Below are positions 39,301 to 49,215 of a DNA stretch of 64,000 nucleotides, piece by piece (the first letter of the stretch is position 1; each line of letters starts with the position of its first letter). A model generated the notes under the pieces. That model saw only the letters and a list, made by a program, of their open reading frames with translations. It was not told the DNA's origin and ran no database searches. The position numbers and the translations under genes were made by a program. This DNA is from Deltaproteobacteria bacterium (GTDB lineage Bacteria; Desulfobacterota; DSM-4660; Desulfatiglandales; Desulfatiglandaceae): positions 1,080 to 65,079 of the forward strand of contig JAOZOW010000006.1 in NCBI GenBank assembly GCA_029933075.1. Direction: 5' to 3'.

Positions 39301-39543
39301 ATGACCGAATCCAAAACCATAACATTTCCCAAAACTGTTCCTCTTATAGAACGGATAGAGGGGGTGAGCAAGGAGATTTCAAAGTGGCTTGAATCACTTG
39401 AGGAACCCTTTGATATGGACAGGGACACAATGCACCTGGTAAAGGCGGAGAGAAACGACCATTACAGCTATCACTATATTTTGGATCGTGCAGTCAAAGG
39501 ACCGGAGAAAAAGTCAGCCTCCCACAAATCCAAACAGGGATGA
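39301..39543 (+). CDS. Orphan small ORF (80 aa), hypothetical
   Basis: ATG 39301 follows AGGAGAAGAA. Sequence MTESKTITFPKTVPLIERIEGVSKEISKWLESLEEPFDMD... has no recognisable motif, so coding status is uncertain. Confidence 0.3.
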   Translation: MTESKTITFPKTVPLIERIEGVSKEISKWLESLEEPFDMDRDTMHLVKAERNDHYSYHYILDRAVKGPEKKSASHKSKQG

Positions 39544-39591
39544 TGAAACACGGAAAGTAGGGGCTGGGGACAAAAGAGAACATATGCCGAA

Positions 39592-42500
39592 TCAGCTGGC
39601 CTCTAAAGATGGTGCTATCTTGCCGTAAACCTCATCAAATTTTTTTGCAATAAGGTTTTCAAATTCCTTTCCAAAAAACCGCCGATTTTGCTGCAGGTAC
39701 CACTTGATGCTTTCCCAGTGGTCCCGCAGTTCTTCTCTGTCCAGAACTGTTTTGAGTATTTCCTCTATTTCCCGGAGCTTCTGTCTCTTCAGGTTGTCTT
39801 TTCTAAATTCGTAAAGGTCGTTCAACCTGTGCCTTTGATCCTCGGAAAAACCCAGGTCAAAGGATCGCTCCATGAGGTCAGTGAAAAGGTTGTGGAGCTC
39901 TTCAAAGTCTTCAATGAGCGCCATCTGCTTTTCCGTCTGACCGAGCATGGATTCGATGATCTCTGTCAGCCTCTTTTCAAATGCCCGTTCCAATTGCAGT
40001 TCGTAGTCTTCCGTGTAATAGGGGTGCTTTCTCAGTGAGCGGAGACTGTAGTGAAAATAATTTTTCAGCTGCTCCACATTGTTGATAGTGCCCATATAAG
40101 TCACTTTCTGAGGGATGTTGATTCGATCTCGGAAATCCAGCGAAAGCACGTGAGGAAATGGTTCTTTCCTAAGCAAAAGGCCTGTCTTGGCTTTAAAGAA
40201 ATGATCCACCTGCCGCTTGTCTTCCCATAATTTCTTCATGGACAGTGGGTTGAGATATGCATTGATTGCCTCGTAGCGTTTTTCTATTTTCCTGCTCAGC
40301 TCCAGGAAATTGATGCAGACAGTGGCATGGTTTTGCCTGAATTTCTTGCTCCCGAGCAGTCCCACCAGGATCAGCTTGAGGCGGTTTTCATAAGTCAGGT
40401 ATCCGCTGGTCTTTTCATACCCGTAGATCCTCACCTTGTCCCCTATTAGTCGGTCCAGGATGAAATGTCTGGTCTCCTCGGCCAGTTGCTGGAGCGTGTT
40501 GTAGATACGGAGGGCCTCGAACAGCTCCTTTTCAAACATTGCATATCCGATGCTGGAGAGCTTTCTTTCTTTGTAGATATACTTAATGGGGACATTTAGC
40601 ATGTGACGTGCCAGATCCCGAAACTCCACATACCGGATGCCGTGGAGCCTGAACAGCCGTTCCATTGCGAAGATCATCCTCCCCGCTCGCAATGACTCTT
40701 TTCGGTCCACTTTTTCCCACCGGGGGGAGGCGAGGTAGTCGGCAGGCTTTGATCCTTTCGGCAGGCCTTTTTTCTGATAGGTGCTCAGGGCATGGAACAG
40801 TTTTCCCCTCTGGTGGAAGAGGGTTTCCAACTGGGCATTCAGAGTGGTTTCGCCATCAATGATTTTGTGACACATGGCCCTGATTGCAAATAGTCGTTCG
40901 GCCAGGTCCTCGCGAATGAGATCCTCCCTTAGGGCGGAGAGCATGATGAATGAAAAAACGAAAAAGGCATCGAACAGCTCCTTGTTGGCGGGTGCGAGGG
41001 TCTCCTGGATGGCGGAAAAGGAGAGCTCTCCTCGAACAATGTGGTGTACAAGGCCATGGTGTCTGATAAGAAACAGGAGGCACTCTTCCCCTCCGGGCTC
41101 CAGGTGGTATTTTTCATGTATCCTTTCCTTTTCCACGAAAAATGCCCCTGCCTGGGCAAGGTCAGCGGGATTGATCTCTTTTTGATATTTGTCCCGGAGG
41201 GTGGTTGACCTGCCCACATCCTGGAATATGAACGATTTTATAAAGGCATCAAATAGGGGGCCGTTTTGTTTGAGGGTCTCAAGGATTCTTTCAAGTTCCT
41301 CGATCTGGTCTTCACTTGCCCCCACTATGCCCGCTGCCATGGGGCCGAATTCTTTCCGGGCCAGCATGTGCAGGAACCGGGTGTCCTGGAAGCTCTCCCT
41401 GTCATGCCTGATCAGGGCCTGTAGTTTCTTTGTGCTGGCGATAATATAGTGAATGACAGGGGATTTCAGGTACAGATGAGGCGAGAGATCAAGATCTTGC
41501 AAGCCTTTTAATTCGGGAAGGATGAAATCCAGAAGGGAGGGCGCATGTTGATGAAGGAGATCGAGGTCTGTATATAATGCTTCGGGCTTGAAAATCACGT
41601 CCAGAAAATTATCCCGCAACTGTTTTCTCAGCTCCCCCGTCCTTTGAAACCATTGGGTCTGCCTGGCAGGCAGTTTCAAGGATGGATCTTTTTGCTGAGC
41701 AATCCTGATATGTCCCTGATAAAAGTCCTCCAGGTTAGAGAAGAGGGCCTCGAATTTCTTTAGATCCTCAAGCGGTATTTCAGATATCCGGCACCCGGCC
41801 AAGCGCTTTGAGAGCGATTCAAGCTGATCCATGTTCCGGTCCAGGTCCACGCAGTCGATCTCCAGCGCCTGGTTTTCCGCGTCAACAGTGAGCTTGAAGC
41901 CGGTTCCCGCAATAAAGGCCGTCCCGTCTTCATGGAGTTGTCTGCCGAGCTGTTTCAGGATGGCGTGGTCAAGGTAATGGATATTTATGGCTCTGGCCTC
42001 CTCTTCCACTTTTTTTACCCAGGCAGGCACATCCTCAGGCTCCACACGGGCCAGGATGGGATTGAAGTTGATGATATCCCCGCGGGAGATGGTCACGGCA
42101 ATCCAAAGCAATATGAATACCAACTCACTGTCCATCCGTTCGAACAGGTGGACGGTGCCATGGAACTCTATGTCCAAAAACTTCCTGTAAAATGCGGGCA
42201 ATTGAAGGGGGTCGGATCGCAAGTAGAGATTTTCAAACTGTTCTATCGTGTCAACGAGCTTTATCACGTTGTTGATCCGCGACAGTTTGTGCTCATCATA
42301 ATCCGCAAGGGCCTCCTTTTCCATCCGCCCCTTGTGCCTCAGATCGACCCAATTGTCCAGGAACTCAAAATGGTTTATCATCTTCAGGAGTTTTCGCGTA
42401 ACCCTGTTGTGGATCCCGCCGACGGAGATGATCTTCTCGTCCAGAAGGCGGTCCCAATCAAGTTCCCGGATGGTGACGACTTTCACTGCGGATTCATAAA

Positions 42501-44361
42501 GGTCAAAGAGCTCTGTAAGTTCTTCCTGACTCAGTTGGGAGCCTCCGGCGGCCTCCTTTTCAGCCATAGTCATCAATCTGCAGTAACGGAGCAGGTTGAT
42601 GCCCTGCCGGGCATCAAATGTTCGGGCCAGGTCCGAGACCGGCTTAAGGGCTTTCTCGTTCATTTTTCCCGAGATGATTCGCCCGAGGGGCGTATGGCCC
42701 AGAACAATGTACAGGATCTCCTTTAACTCTTCATGGCTGAACCCGAAAAAGGGCAGGATCTCCAGGTTTTCAATCACCTTGGTATTTGTGCCTTCGATAT
42801 TGTCAGGGTTTAGATGGTCTCTTACTCTTTTCAGCCTCCCGGTTTTGGACATCAATCGGATTACGTGATTGAAGGCGGGAAATCTCCTGTTCTTGTTTTC
42901 AAGGGGTTGCCTCAACCGGTCAATAAGGGTTTTGGGAAGATCATCGTGATCGCCCTCTTTCAGTCTGTTAAGTACGTCGAGGGTCTGGATGACATAATCG
43001 AAGGAGTCCCTGTAATCGGAAACCAGGGCAACAGGGCATCCCATGAGCTTTGATTCCTTGGCCTCGTTTTCCAGTTCCTCGAAGGTTGTTCTCAAGGGCT
43101 TTTTCTGCCCGAGATAGATGAGCATGTAGGACGGTTCATACCCATTAAAAGAAAATCTTTTTCTCCACCCCTTCTTTACGTAGGGAGGGACGAGGGGTTT
43201 CAGAAATATCATGTCAAAATAGATGGAAAGGAGCCTGGACCAGTTCTTTTCCTGCTCGCTCAAAAGGGGCCAGTCGGCAAGCTCATCGTTTCTATAAGGA
43301 AGTCTGTTCATTTCCCTGAGGGAGAGATCGGAAAGATCTCTACCTTGGAGCAGTTTTTCAATGACTTCATGTTCCACGTAGAGCCCGTCCAGGTACTTTT
43401 GAAAGTCGAAGGTGTTTACTTCAACGGCATGGTCTTTGATCCTGTACTTTTTCTTGGTTTTGAATATGTGGCTGAAAAGGAGAAAATTCTTTTCTTCTTC
43501 CTCGGACCTGAAAGCGATCTTTGTTACGCGGTTTGATCTTGGAACGTGGTGATTTGCGATGATAAACAGTTCGCCCTCCGGTTTCAACAGCCTGAAGATT
43601 TTATGGAGAAGGTAGGTGGCATATTGATCCAGGCGCTTCTTGGAAACGCCTTCCCGGGAGAGGGGGCCGAATTTTTCCATGAAAAGGATTTCATAAAGGT
43701 CCCAGGTCAACACGATCAGGTCTAGGGTTTCATTTAAAAGGCGGAGCTTTTCCACAGAGTCTATCACCAGGAAACGGTGTTCCTTGAACCTAAGAGAGAG
43801 CTCATGGGCGATAAGGTCGTCCTGGTGGGTGATAATCCCGATATCGTGGTATTCCTTGAAATATTTTTTTCTGTGGAAGCCGATGATCTTGGTAATTTCG
43901 TCAACCTTGGCTCTTATATGGGTGAGGGTGTTTGAGACCAGATGACCGGGAATGAGGTAATAGGGTTTTCCGTGGCGGGTAAATCGAATCAGTAGCCCTA
44001 TCCTCCTGTATAGATCGTTAAGGGCCCTGTAATGTGCCTTGGTATCTTCTGGATTTTCTATGCTGATGGACTGGATCAGTCTGATGTCTTCAGGGCTCAG
44101 CCTATGGTAGAATTCAAAAATTCCGAACCCGTAAGCATTTCCACCGAATCTGCTTTCCAGGTGTGCGGGGTGTTTCAGGGCGGGAAAGGTGCCTAAAGGG
44201 ATATCTCTCGGGTTGATGCCGAAGTCTTCAAACTCCTCCGGCTTGACAAATCGAAAAGAGTCCTTTTGCCAAACGGACTCTTTCGGAAAGAAGGCGATGG
44301 GATCCATCTGAGTACCAGGACCTTGATAAGTCCTACACAGAGCACCAAGCGCCCGCCTCAT
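39592..44361 (-). CDS. Giant (1589 aa) protein of unknown function with degenerate GlnD-type HD-like helical modules and an N-terminal methyltransferase-like segment
   Basis: Uninterrupted 4.77-kb ORF. FIKSFIFQDVGRS...LLFLIRHHGLVHHIVRGE resembles the GlnD HD region (hhHDIGKG...LVxHHLLM) with His replaced by Gln. DLIVLTWDL...IFRLLKPEGELFII resembles class-I SAM-MTase motifs but has no G-rich loop. The ATG directly abuts the livF stop (TAGATG). Confidence 0.75.
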   Translation of the reverse strand: MRRALGALCRTYQGPGTQMDPIAFFPKESVWQKDSFRFVKPEEFEDFGINPRDIPLGTFPALKHPAHLESRFGGNAYGFGIFEFYHRLSPEDIRLIQSISIENPEDTKAHYRALNDLYRRIGLLIRFTRHGKPYYLIPGHLVSNTLTHIRAKVDEITKIIGFHRKKYFKEYHDIGIITHQDDLIAHELSLRFKEHRFLVIDSVEKLRLLNETLDLIVLTWDLYEILFMEKFGPLSREGVSKKRLDQYATYLLHKIFRLLKPEGELFIIANHHVPRSNRVTKIAFRSEEEEKNFLLFSHIFKTKKKYRIKDHAVEVNTFDFQKYLDGLYVEHEVIEKLLQGRDLSDLSLREMNRLPYRNDELADWPLLSEQEKNWSRLLSIYFDMIFLKPLVPPYVKKGWRKRFSFNGYEPSYMLIYLGQKKPLRTTFEELENEAKESKLMGCPVALVSDYRDSFDYVIQTLDVLNRLKEGDHDDLPKTLIDRLRQPLENKNRRFPAFNHVIRLMSKTGRLKRVRDHLNPDNIEGTNTKVIENLEILPFFGFSHEELKEILYIVLGHTPLGRIISGKMNEKALKPVSDLARTFDARQGINLLRYCRLMTMAEKEAAGGSQLSQEELTELFDLYESAVKVVTIRELDWDRLLDEKIISVGGIHNRVTRKLLKMINHFEFLDNWVDLRHKGRMEKEALADYDEHKLSRINNVIKLVDTIEQFENLYLRSDPLQLPAFYRKFLDIEFHGTVHLFERMDSELVFILLWIAVTISRGDIINFNPILARVEPEDVPAWVKKVEEEARAINIHYLDHAILKQLGRQLHEDGTAFIAGTGFKLTVDAENQALEIDCVDLDRNMDQLESLSKRLAGCRISEIPLEDLKKFEALFSNLEDFYQGHIRIAQQKDPSLKLPARQTQWFQRTGELRKQLRDNFLDVIFKPEALYTDLDLLHQHAPSLLDFILPELKGLQDLDLSPHLYLKSPVIHYIIASTKKLQALIRHDRESFQDTRFLHMLARKEFGPMAAGIVGASEDQIEELERILETLKQNGPLFDAFIKSFIFQDVGRSTTLRDKYQKEINPADLAQAGAFFVEKERIHEKYHLEPGGEECLLFLIRHHGLVHHIVRGELSFSAIQETLAPANKELFDAFFVFSFIMLSALREDLIREDLAERLFAIRAMCHKIIDGETTLNAQLETLFHQRGKLFHALSTYQKKGLPKGSKPADYLASPRWEKVDRKESLRAGRMIFAMERLFRLHGIRYVEFRDLARHMLNVPIKYIYKERKLSSIGYAMFEKELFEALRIYNTLQQLAEETRHFILDRLIGDKVRIYGYEKTSGYLTYENRLKLILVGLLGSKKFRQNHATVCINFLELSRKIEKRYEAINAYLNPLSMKKLWEDKRQVDHFFKAKTGLLLRKEPFPHVLSLDFRDRINIPQKVTYMGTINNVEQLKNYFHYSLRSLRKHPYYTEDYELQLERAFEKRLTEIIESMLGQTEKQMALIEDFEELHNLFTDLMERSFDLGFSEDQRHRLNDLYEFRKDNLKRQKLREIEEILKTVLDREELRDHWESIKWYLQQNRRFFGKEFENLIAKKFDEVYGKIAPSLEAS

Positions 44362-45165
44362 CTAAAGCCAGCGCTTGCGTCTCTTGTATGCTTTAACATC
44401 CCTATACGATTTAAGTGCCCCGGAAGCGGCGGTTCCAAGGTAGAATTCTTTCACGTCAGGATTCTCTCTTAGCTCCTGGGCCGTGCTCTCCATGACGATC
44501 TTGCCGTTTTCCATAACGTAGCCATAATGGGCGATCTGGAGGGCCATATTGGCGTTCTGCTCGACCACCATCAGCGTTGTGCCTTGCTCCTCATTGATCT
44601 TTCTGATGATCTGAAATATTTCTTTGACCAGCAGTGGGGCAAGACCTAAGGAAGGCTCATCCAAAAGGAGGAGCTTGGGGTGGGCCATCAGTCCTCTGCC
44701 GATCACGAGCATTTGGAGTTCACCGCCGCTACAATATCCTGCTAATGATTTTTTTCTGGCCAGGAGGGCCGGAAAATACCGGTATACCAGTTCCAGGTCC
44801 TTTTGGTACGGTTTCCCCCACCGGGTAGCGGTCCCCACCCTCAGGTTTTCCTCTACGGTGAGATATTTGAATTCCTGCCTTCCTTCAAGGACCTGAATAA
44901 TTCCTTTTCTCGTGATCTCCTCAGGGGAAGAGTTTTGCACCTGCTCTCCATCATACTCGATGGATCCTTCCGTGACTTTGCCATTTTCAGGTTTGAGTAG
45001 CCCGGAGATGGCCTTGAGCGTGGTGGTTTTGCCTGCGCCGTTGCTGCCCAAAAGGGAAACGATCTGCCCTTTCCTTATGGTAAGGGAGACTCCTTTTAGG
45101 ACCTGGATAACGTCAGCGTAGACCACACTGATGTTGTTGATGAGCAGCCTGATGTTGTCTTCCAT
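44362..45165 (-). CDS. livF: Branched-chain-amino-acid-type ABC transporter ATP-binding protein (LivF-like) with basic C-terminal tail
   Basis: Walker A GSNGAGKTT, signature SGGELQML and Walker B LLLDEP. Tail ...KAYKRRKRWL follows the usual YLG end. Confidence 0.9.
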   Translation of the reverse strand: MEDNIRLLINNISVVYADVIQVLKGVSLTIRKGQIVSLLGSNGAGKTTTLKAISGLLKPENGKVTEGSIEYDGEQVQNSSPEEITRKGIIQVLEGRQEFKYLTVEENLRVGTATRWGKPYQKDLELVYRYFPALLARKKSLAGYCSGGELQMLVIGRGLMAHPKLLLLDEPSLGLAPLLVKEIFQIIRKINEEQGTTLMVVEQNANMALQIAHYGYVMENGKIVMESTAQELRENPDVKEFYLGTAASGALKSYRDVKAYKRRKRWL

Positions 45166-45237
45166 GACATCAACCTTTTTTCCTTCGGACAATGGAGCGC
45201 CGGAACATTGGATCAGTTTTCGATCCCCCGGCAAATG

Positions 45238-46326
45238 TCAATACGAGAATGGCCACAGCCTGAAACCGGAACGGACAATCCGCCAAACTTCCGCAATGCC
45301 TTTTGGTTCGAAGATGATAAAGAGCACTATGGCCAGCCCAAACACGAACTCGCGCAGTGGCGCGATGGTAATGGCAACCCCAGTGGATGCACCAATATTC
45401 ATAAGGTACTCCGTAGCATGGCTCAATACTTCCTCCAGTGTGACGATGAAGACCGCGCCGAATACGGAACCGGGAATATTCCCCAGACCCCCGATAATGA
45501 TCATCGCGATAAACACTATGGATAGCCATAGATTAAAGGGCTCCGGTGTAATGCTGATCATATAGTAAGCATAAAGCCCACCGGCAAAACCGGCATAAAA
45601 TGAGCTTATGGCAAAAGAGAGCAATTTGTATGGAAAGATGGGGATCCCCATCCCTTCCGCAGCGCGGTCATTGTCGCGGATTGCGATAAATGCCCGGCCG
45701 TATCGGGTACGGATCAGATTGACTGCCACCCAGGCGAAGAATACGAAACAGATGTATATGACATAGTAGAAGGTCCTGTCATTGCCGAGGTCCAGTCCGA
45801 ACAGGGTGGCGCCGATAACGCTAATGCCGGCGGCGCCCCCTGTAAGACCTTCCCATTGCACAAGCACATATTCGATAATGAACTGACCTGCCAGAGTGGC
45901 GATACAGAGATAAAGATGCTTCAACCGGGCCGAGGGGAGACCAAAGACCATGCCCACAGCGGCTGTTATCAAGCCTGCGGCGGGTAGCGCGGCCCAGAAA
46001 GGGAAATGGGCCCTTGTAGCCAGGATTGCCGCGGCATAGGCCCCTACACCGAAGAAGGCGCCGTGGCCAAGGGATATTTGGCCTGTATAGCCTATGAGGA
46101 GATTGAGTCCAATGGCGGCTATGGCATATATCCCCATAGTATTGAGCACGTATAGGACGAATGCACTGCTGATGAAGGGGATTACCCCGAACAGGAGTAT
46201 CAGACCGATGATCATCCACAGCCTTCCGAAGTCTGTTTCGAAGATGGTGAGCTCCTGGTAATAGGATTCCTTGAAATTACCACAGGGATGGAATTGAAAC
46301 TTTTGCATGTCTACCCTATCCTTCAA
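45238..46326 (-). CDS. livM: ABC transporter permease (LivM-like)
   Basis: 362-aa polytopic protein with the GQISLGHGAFFGVGAY motif. Confidence 0.9.
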   Translation of the reverse strand: MKDRVDMQKFQFHPCGNFKESYYQELTIFETDFGRLWMIIGLILLFGVIPFISSAFVLYVLNTMGIYAIAAIGLNLLIGYTGQISLGHGAFFGVGAYAAAILATRAHFPFWAALPAAGLITAAVGMVFGLPSARLKHLYLCIATLAGQFIIEYVLVQWEGLTGGAAGISVIGATLFGLDLGNDRTFYYVIYICFVFFAWVAVNLIRTRYGRAFIAIRDNDRAAEGMGIPIFPYKLLSFAISSFYAGFAGGLYAYYMISITPEPFNLWLSIVFIAMIIIGGLGNIPGSVFGAVFIVTLEEVLSHATEYLMNIGASTGVAITIAPLREFVFGLAIVLFIIFEPKGIAEVWRIVRSGFRLWPFSY

Positions 46327-46342
46327 GCTTTATTTGCGAGCC

Positions 46343-47221
46343 TTAAACCCTTTCAATTTCAACCAGGCCGAAAAGGCCGTAAGGTTTGACCATAAGGATC
46401 AAGACAAGCACGATATAGGGGACCACCTCCCTCAGGGATGTGGATATATATCCTCCTGTGAAGGTCTCAAGCAGGCCGATAATGACCCCTCCCAGTATCG
46501 CCCCGCCGATGCTGTCCAGGCCCCCGAGGATGACAACCGGAAAGACTTTGAGTCCTATGGCGCTAAGGTTATGGACATTTACGCCGTTGATGATACCCAG
46601 CACGATACCGCTCATGGCACAGACCAAGGCTGCAATGGCCCACGACAGGGCGAAAACCCGCCTGACATGCACGCCAAGAGACAGGGCTGCAGGCTGGTTG
46701 TCCGCCACGGATCTCATATAGATGCCTTGCGAGGAATATTTGAAGAAGAAACCGAAAATGATGAGGAAAATAATGCCTATAATGAAGGTTGCCACATAGA
46801 CAGAAGGGATCTGAATGGCGCCCCATTGCATTGAAAGGCCTTCGGGGAGGAAGTTGGGATAACTGTGAATATCCCCTCCGAAGATAAAAAGGAGGAGGCC
46901 TTTGAACATGGCAGCCAGCCCCACCGTAAGCATAATGACCTCAATCAATTCTTCGCCGATCAAGGGGCGTAGAAAAAACCTCTCGATGATAAAACCGAGC
47001 GAGAAACTCCCTATCAATGTAACGGCGAAAGCAAGGATTATGGGCAACTTGGCCCAGGTAGAGAGTGCAAGGAATAGAAAAGCGCCAATGGCAAGAAGCT
47101 CCCCGTGGGCGAAATTTAAGACACTGCTTGACTTGAAGATCATAACAAAGCCCAGGGCAGAGAGCGCGTAAAGAAATCCGAGCGATATGCCGTTTACCAG
47201 GAGCTGCAAGAAAAATTCCAT
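46343..47221 (-). CDS. livH: ABC transporter permease (LivH-like)
   Basis: 292 aa beginning MEFFLQLLVNGISLGFLYALSALGFVMIF, with NFAHGEL. Confidence 0.9.
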   Translation of the reverse strand: MEFFLQLLVNGISLGFLYALSALGFVMIFKSSSVLNFAHGELLAIGAFLFLALSTWAKLPIILAFAVTLIGSFSLGFIIERFFLRPLIGEELIEVIMLTVGLAAMFKGLLLFIFGGDIHSYPNFLPEGLSMQWGAIQIPSVYVATFIIGIIFLIIFGFFFKYSSQGIYMRSVADNQPAALSLGVHVRRVFALSWAIAALVCAMSGIVLGIINGVNVHNLSAIGLKVFPVVILGGLDSIGGAILGGVIIGLLETFTGGYISTSLREVVPYIVLVLILMVKPYGLFGLVEIERV

Positions 47222-47243
47222 ATCTGGAATACCCTCCCCCTTA

Positions 47244-49199
47244 TTAAACGTCTAATATTTTTACGGTTGTCTCGACGGTTCCCACATGTCCGTCCCTGTA
47301 GCGGACCTGGCCTTTTACCCTAAGCTCCGCCTTATTCTCATACATGGCATCAATTAGATCCTTATATTGCTTAAACACGAATTTCCGTCTCACTTTCCCC
47401 GTCCTGGTCAATTCTTCGTCGTCCGCATCCAGGAGTTTGTAAAGGAGGATGAATTTTACAAGCTGCATCGGCTTTGGCAGTTGGGTATTTACTTCGCGTA
47501 TCTCTCCCCTGATCAGTTCTTCCACGGCAGGCTGCTGTGAAAGGTCGGTGTAAGTGGTATAAGGAATCTTTCTGTCCTCGGCCCAGTTCCCTACGTTGCC
47601 GAAGTCGATATTGATAAATGCGGTCAGATAAGGCTGGCCCTCTCCCCATATGACTGCTTCCTTTATGTAAGGACTGAATTTCAACCTCGTCTCGACAAAG
47701 TCGGGTGAGAAGGCTTCCCCTTCTCTTGTGCGCATGATATCTTCTTTGCGGCCGATAATCAGCAGGTGACCGTCTTCATCCAGATAGCCGGCGTCTCCGG
47801 TGTAGAACCAGTCGTCTTTGAGGGCCTCGGCAGTGGCCTCAGGGTTTTCATAATAGCCCTTGAAAATGGATCTGCTTTTTACGAGGACCTCCTGATCCTC
47901 CGTGATCCTTACCTCGGTGCGCGGGAGGCACTTGCCCACTGTCTCGGGCTTTACCTCATCGTCGGGCTGGACCTGGAAGATGCCCCCGGCCTCCGTTAGT
48001 CCATAACATTGCTTCAGATTAAGTCCATTGGCCCTGAAAAAACGGATAACATCCGGACTGATTGGATGCCCGCCGGTATAGGCCCCCCGGAAGTTAAGAC
48101 ATCCCACGCGGTCCATAAGGGGCCGGGAGATGATCCGTGTTGCCAGCCACCTCAGTAACCGCAGGCTTGCGGGGACCGGTTTTTTTTCGGATTCCAGATC
48201 CACCACCGCTCCCCCTATTTTCTGAGAGAGGTTATAGAGGTATCGCTTGGCAAATCCGGCGTCGCTGATTTTCACCCTGATCTTGGAGGCCAGGTCCTCC
48301 CAGAATCTGGATGAAGTGATTATGACGCTTGGGCCTATCTCCCTGAAGTCCTCCACCGCAGTCTCAAATGTCTCCGGGAAATTCATGGTCATGCCGCCCG
48401 CAAGTGTGATGCCAACCCCCCATAATTGATCCACTATCCAGGCCGTGGGCGTTATGGAAATCCAGTTGTCCCCGATGCCTATCGGTGCGGTCTCAAGCCA
48501 TTTTCGGGACATCTCGGTGAAATTCTCATAGCTCAACATGACGAGCTTGGGCTCGCCAGTGGTCCCCGAGGTCATGAGCATCAGGGCAACATCGTCCGGC
48601 TTTCCCTCCCACAGCTCCTTTATGAAGAACTCCGGCTGCTCCCTGTCGAGCTCTTCTCCAAGCTCAAGTAACTGGGCGAAGCTGATAAGCCAAGGATCGT
48701 CTCTGTACGCTCTCATTCCTGTGGGGTCGATATATATCACCCTTCGCACATGAGGGAGTTCTTCCCGACAAGAGAGCACTTTGTCCACCTGCTCTTGGTC
48801 CTGGACAAAGACGTAGGCCGCCCTGAACCGATTAAGGCCCTGTTGCTGCTCTTTGGCTACCGCCGAGGTGAACAGTGGGACTGCTACGGCCCCGATCGAC
48901 TGCAATCCCAGTTCGGCAAAAAGCCATTCCGGGTGATTGTCAAGGATCAGCCCCACGTTCTCCCCTCTCTTTAAGCCCAGTGAGGCCAGCCCCAAGGCAA
49001 CCAGCTTCATGTAATTGAAATATTCCTTCCAATTGAAGGTTTGCCATATCCCATATGCCTTTTCCCGGATGGCGGTTTTATCGGAGCCCAGGCGCTCTGC
49101 CTGCCTGGAGAGAATCTGGGGAAAGGTATATTCGCACATGGACTCCAAGGTATCGTTATCAATACGGTCTATCTTAAGATCGTTCGGGCTCATCTCCAT
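47244..49199 (-). CDS. AMP-dependent synthetase/ligase (long-chain acyl-CoA synthetase-like) embedded in the ABC operon
   Basis: MTSGTTGEPK AMP-binding motif plus YTGD and GRKED motifs; 651 aa. Sits between livG and livH. Confidence 0.88.
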   Translation of the reverse strand: MEMSPNDLKIDRIDNDTLESMCEYTFPQILSRQAERLGSDKTAIREKAYGIWQTFNWKEYFNYMKLVALGLASLGLKRGENVGLILDNHPEWLFAELGLQSIGAVAVPLFTSAVAKEQQQGLNRFRAAYVFVQDQEQVDKVLSCREELPHVRRVIYIDPTGMRAYRDDPWLISFAQLLELGEELDREQPEFFIKELWEGKPDDVALMLMTSGTTGEPKLVMLSYENFTEMSRKWLETAPIGIGDNWISITPTAWIVDQLWGVGITLAGGMTMNFPETFETAVEDFREIGPSVIITSSRFWEDLASKIRVKISDAGFAKRYLYNLSQKIGGAVVDLESEKKPVPASLRLLRWLATRIISRPLMDRVGCLNFRGAYTGGHPISPDVIRFFRANGLNLKQCYGLTEAGGIFQVQPDDEVKPETVGKCLPRTEVRITEDQEVLVKSRSIFKGYYENPEATAEALKDDWFYTGDAGYLDEDGHLLIIGRKEDIMRTREGEAFSPDFVETRLKFSPYIKEAVIWGEGQPYLTAFINIDFGNVGNWAEDRKIPYTTYTDLSQQPAVEELIRGEIREVNTQLPKPMQLVKFILLYKLLDADDEELTRTGKVRRKFVFKQYKDLIDAMYENKAELRVKGQVRYRDGHVGTVETTVKILDV

Positions 49200-49215
49200 T
49201 TATCGACTCTCTGCT

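Noticed and set aside
41932-42726. 264-aa plus-strand ORF inside the giant gene
   Set aside because: It lies opposite an uninterrupted 4.77-kb ORF and shows no start context or motif. The long frame is the far more parsimonious gene.
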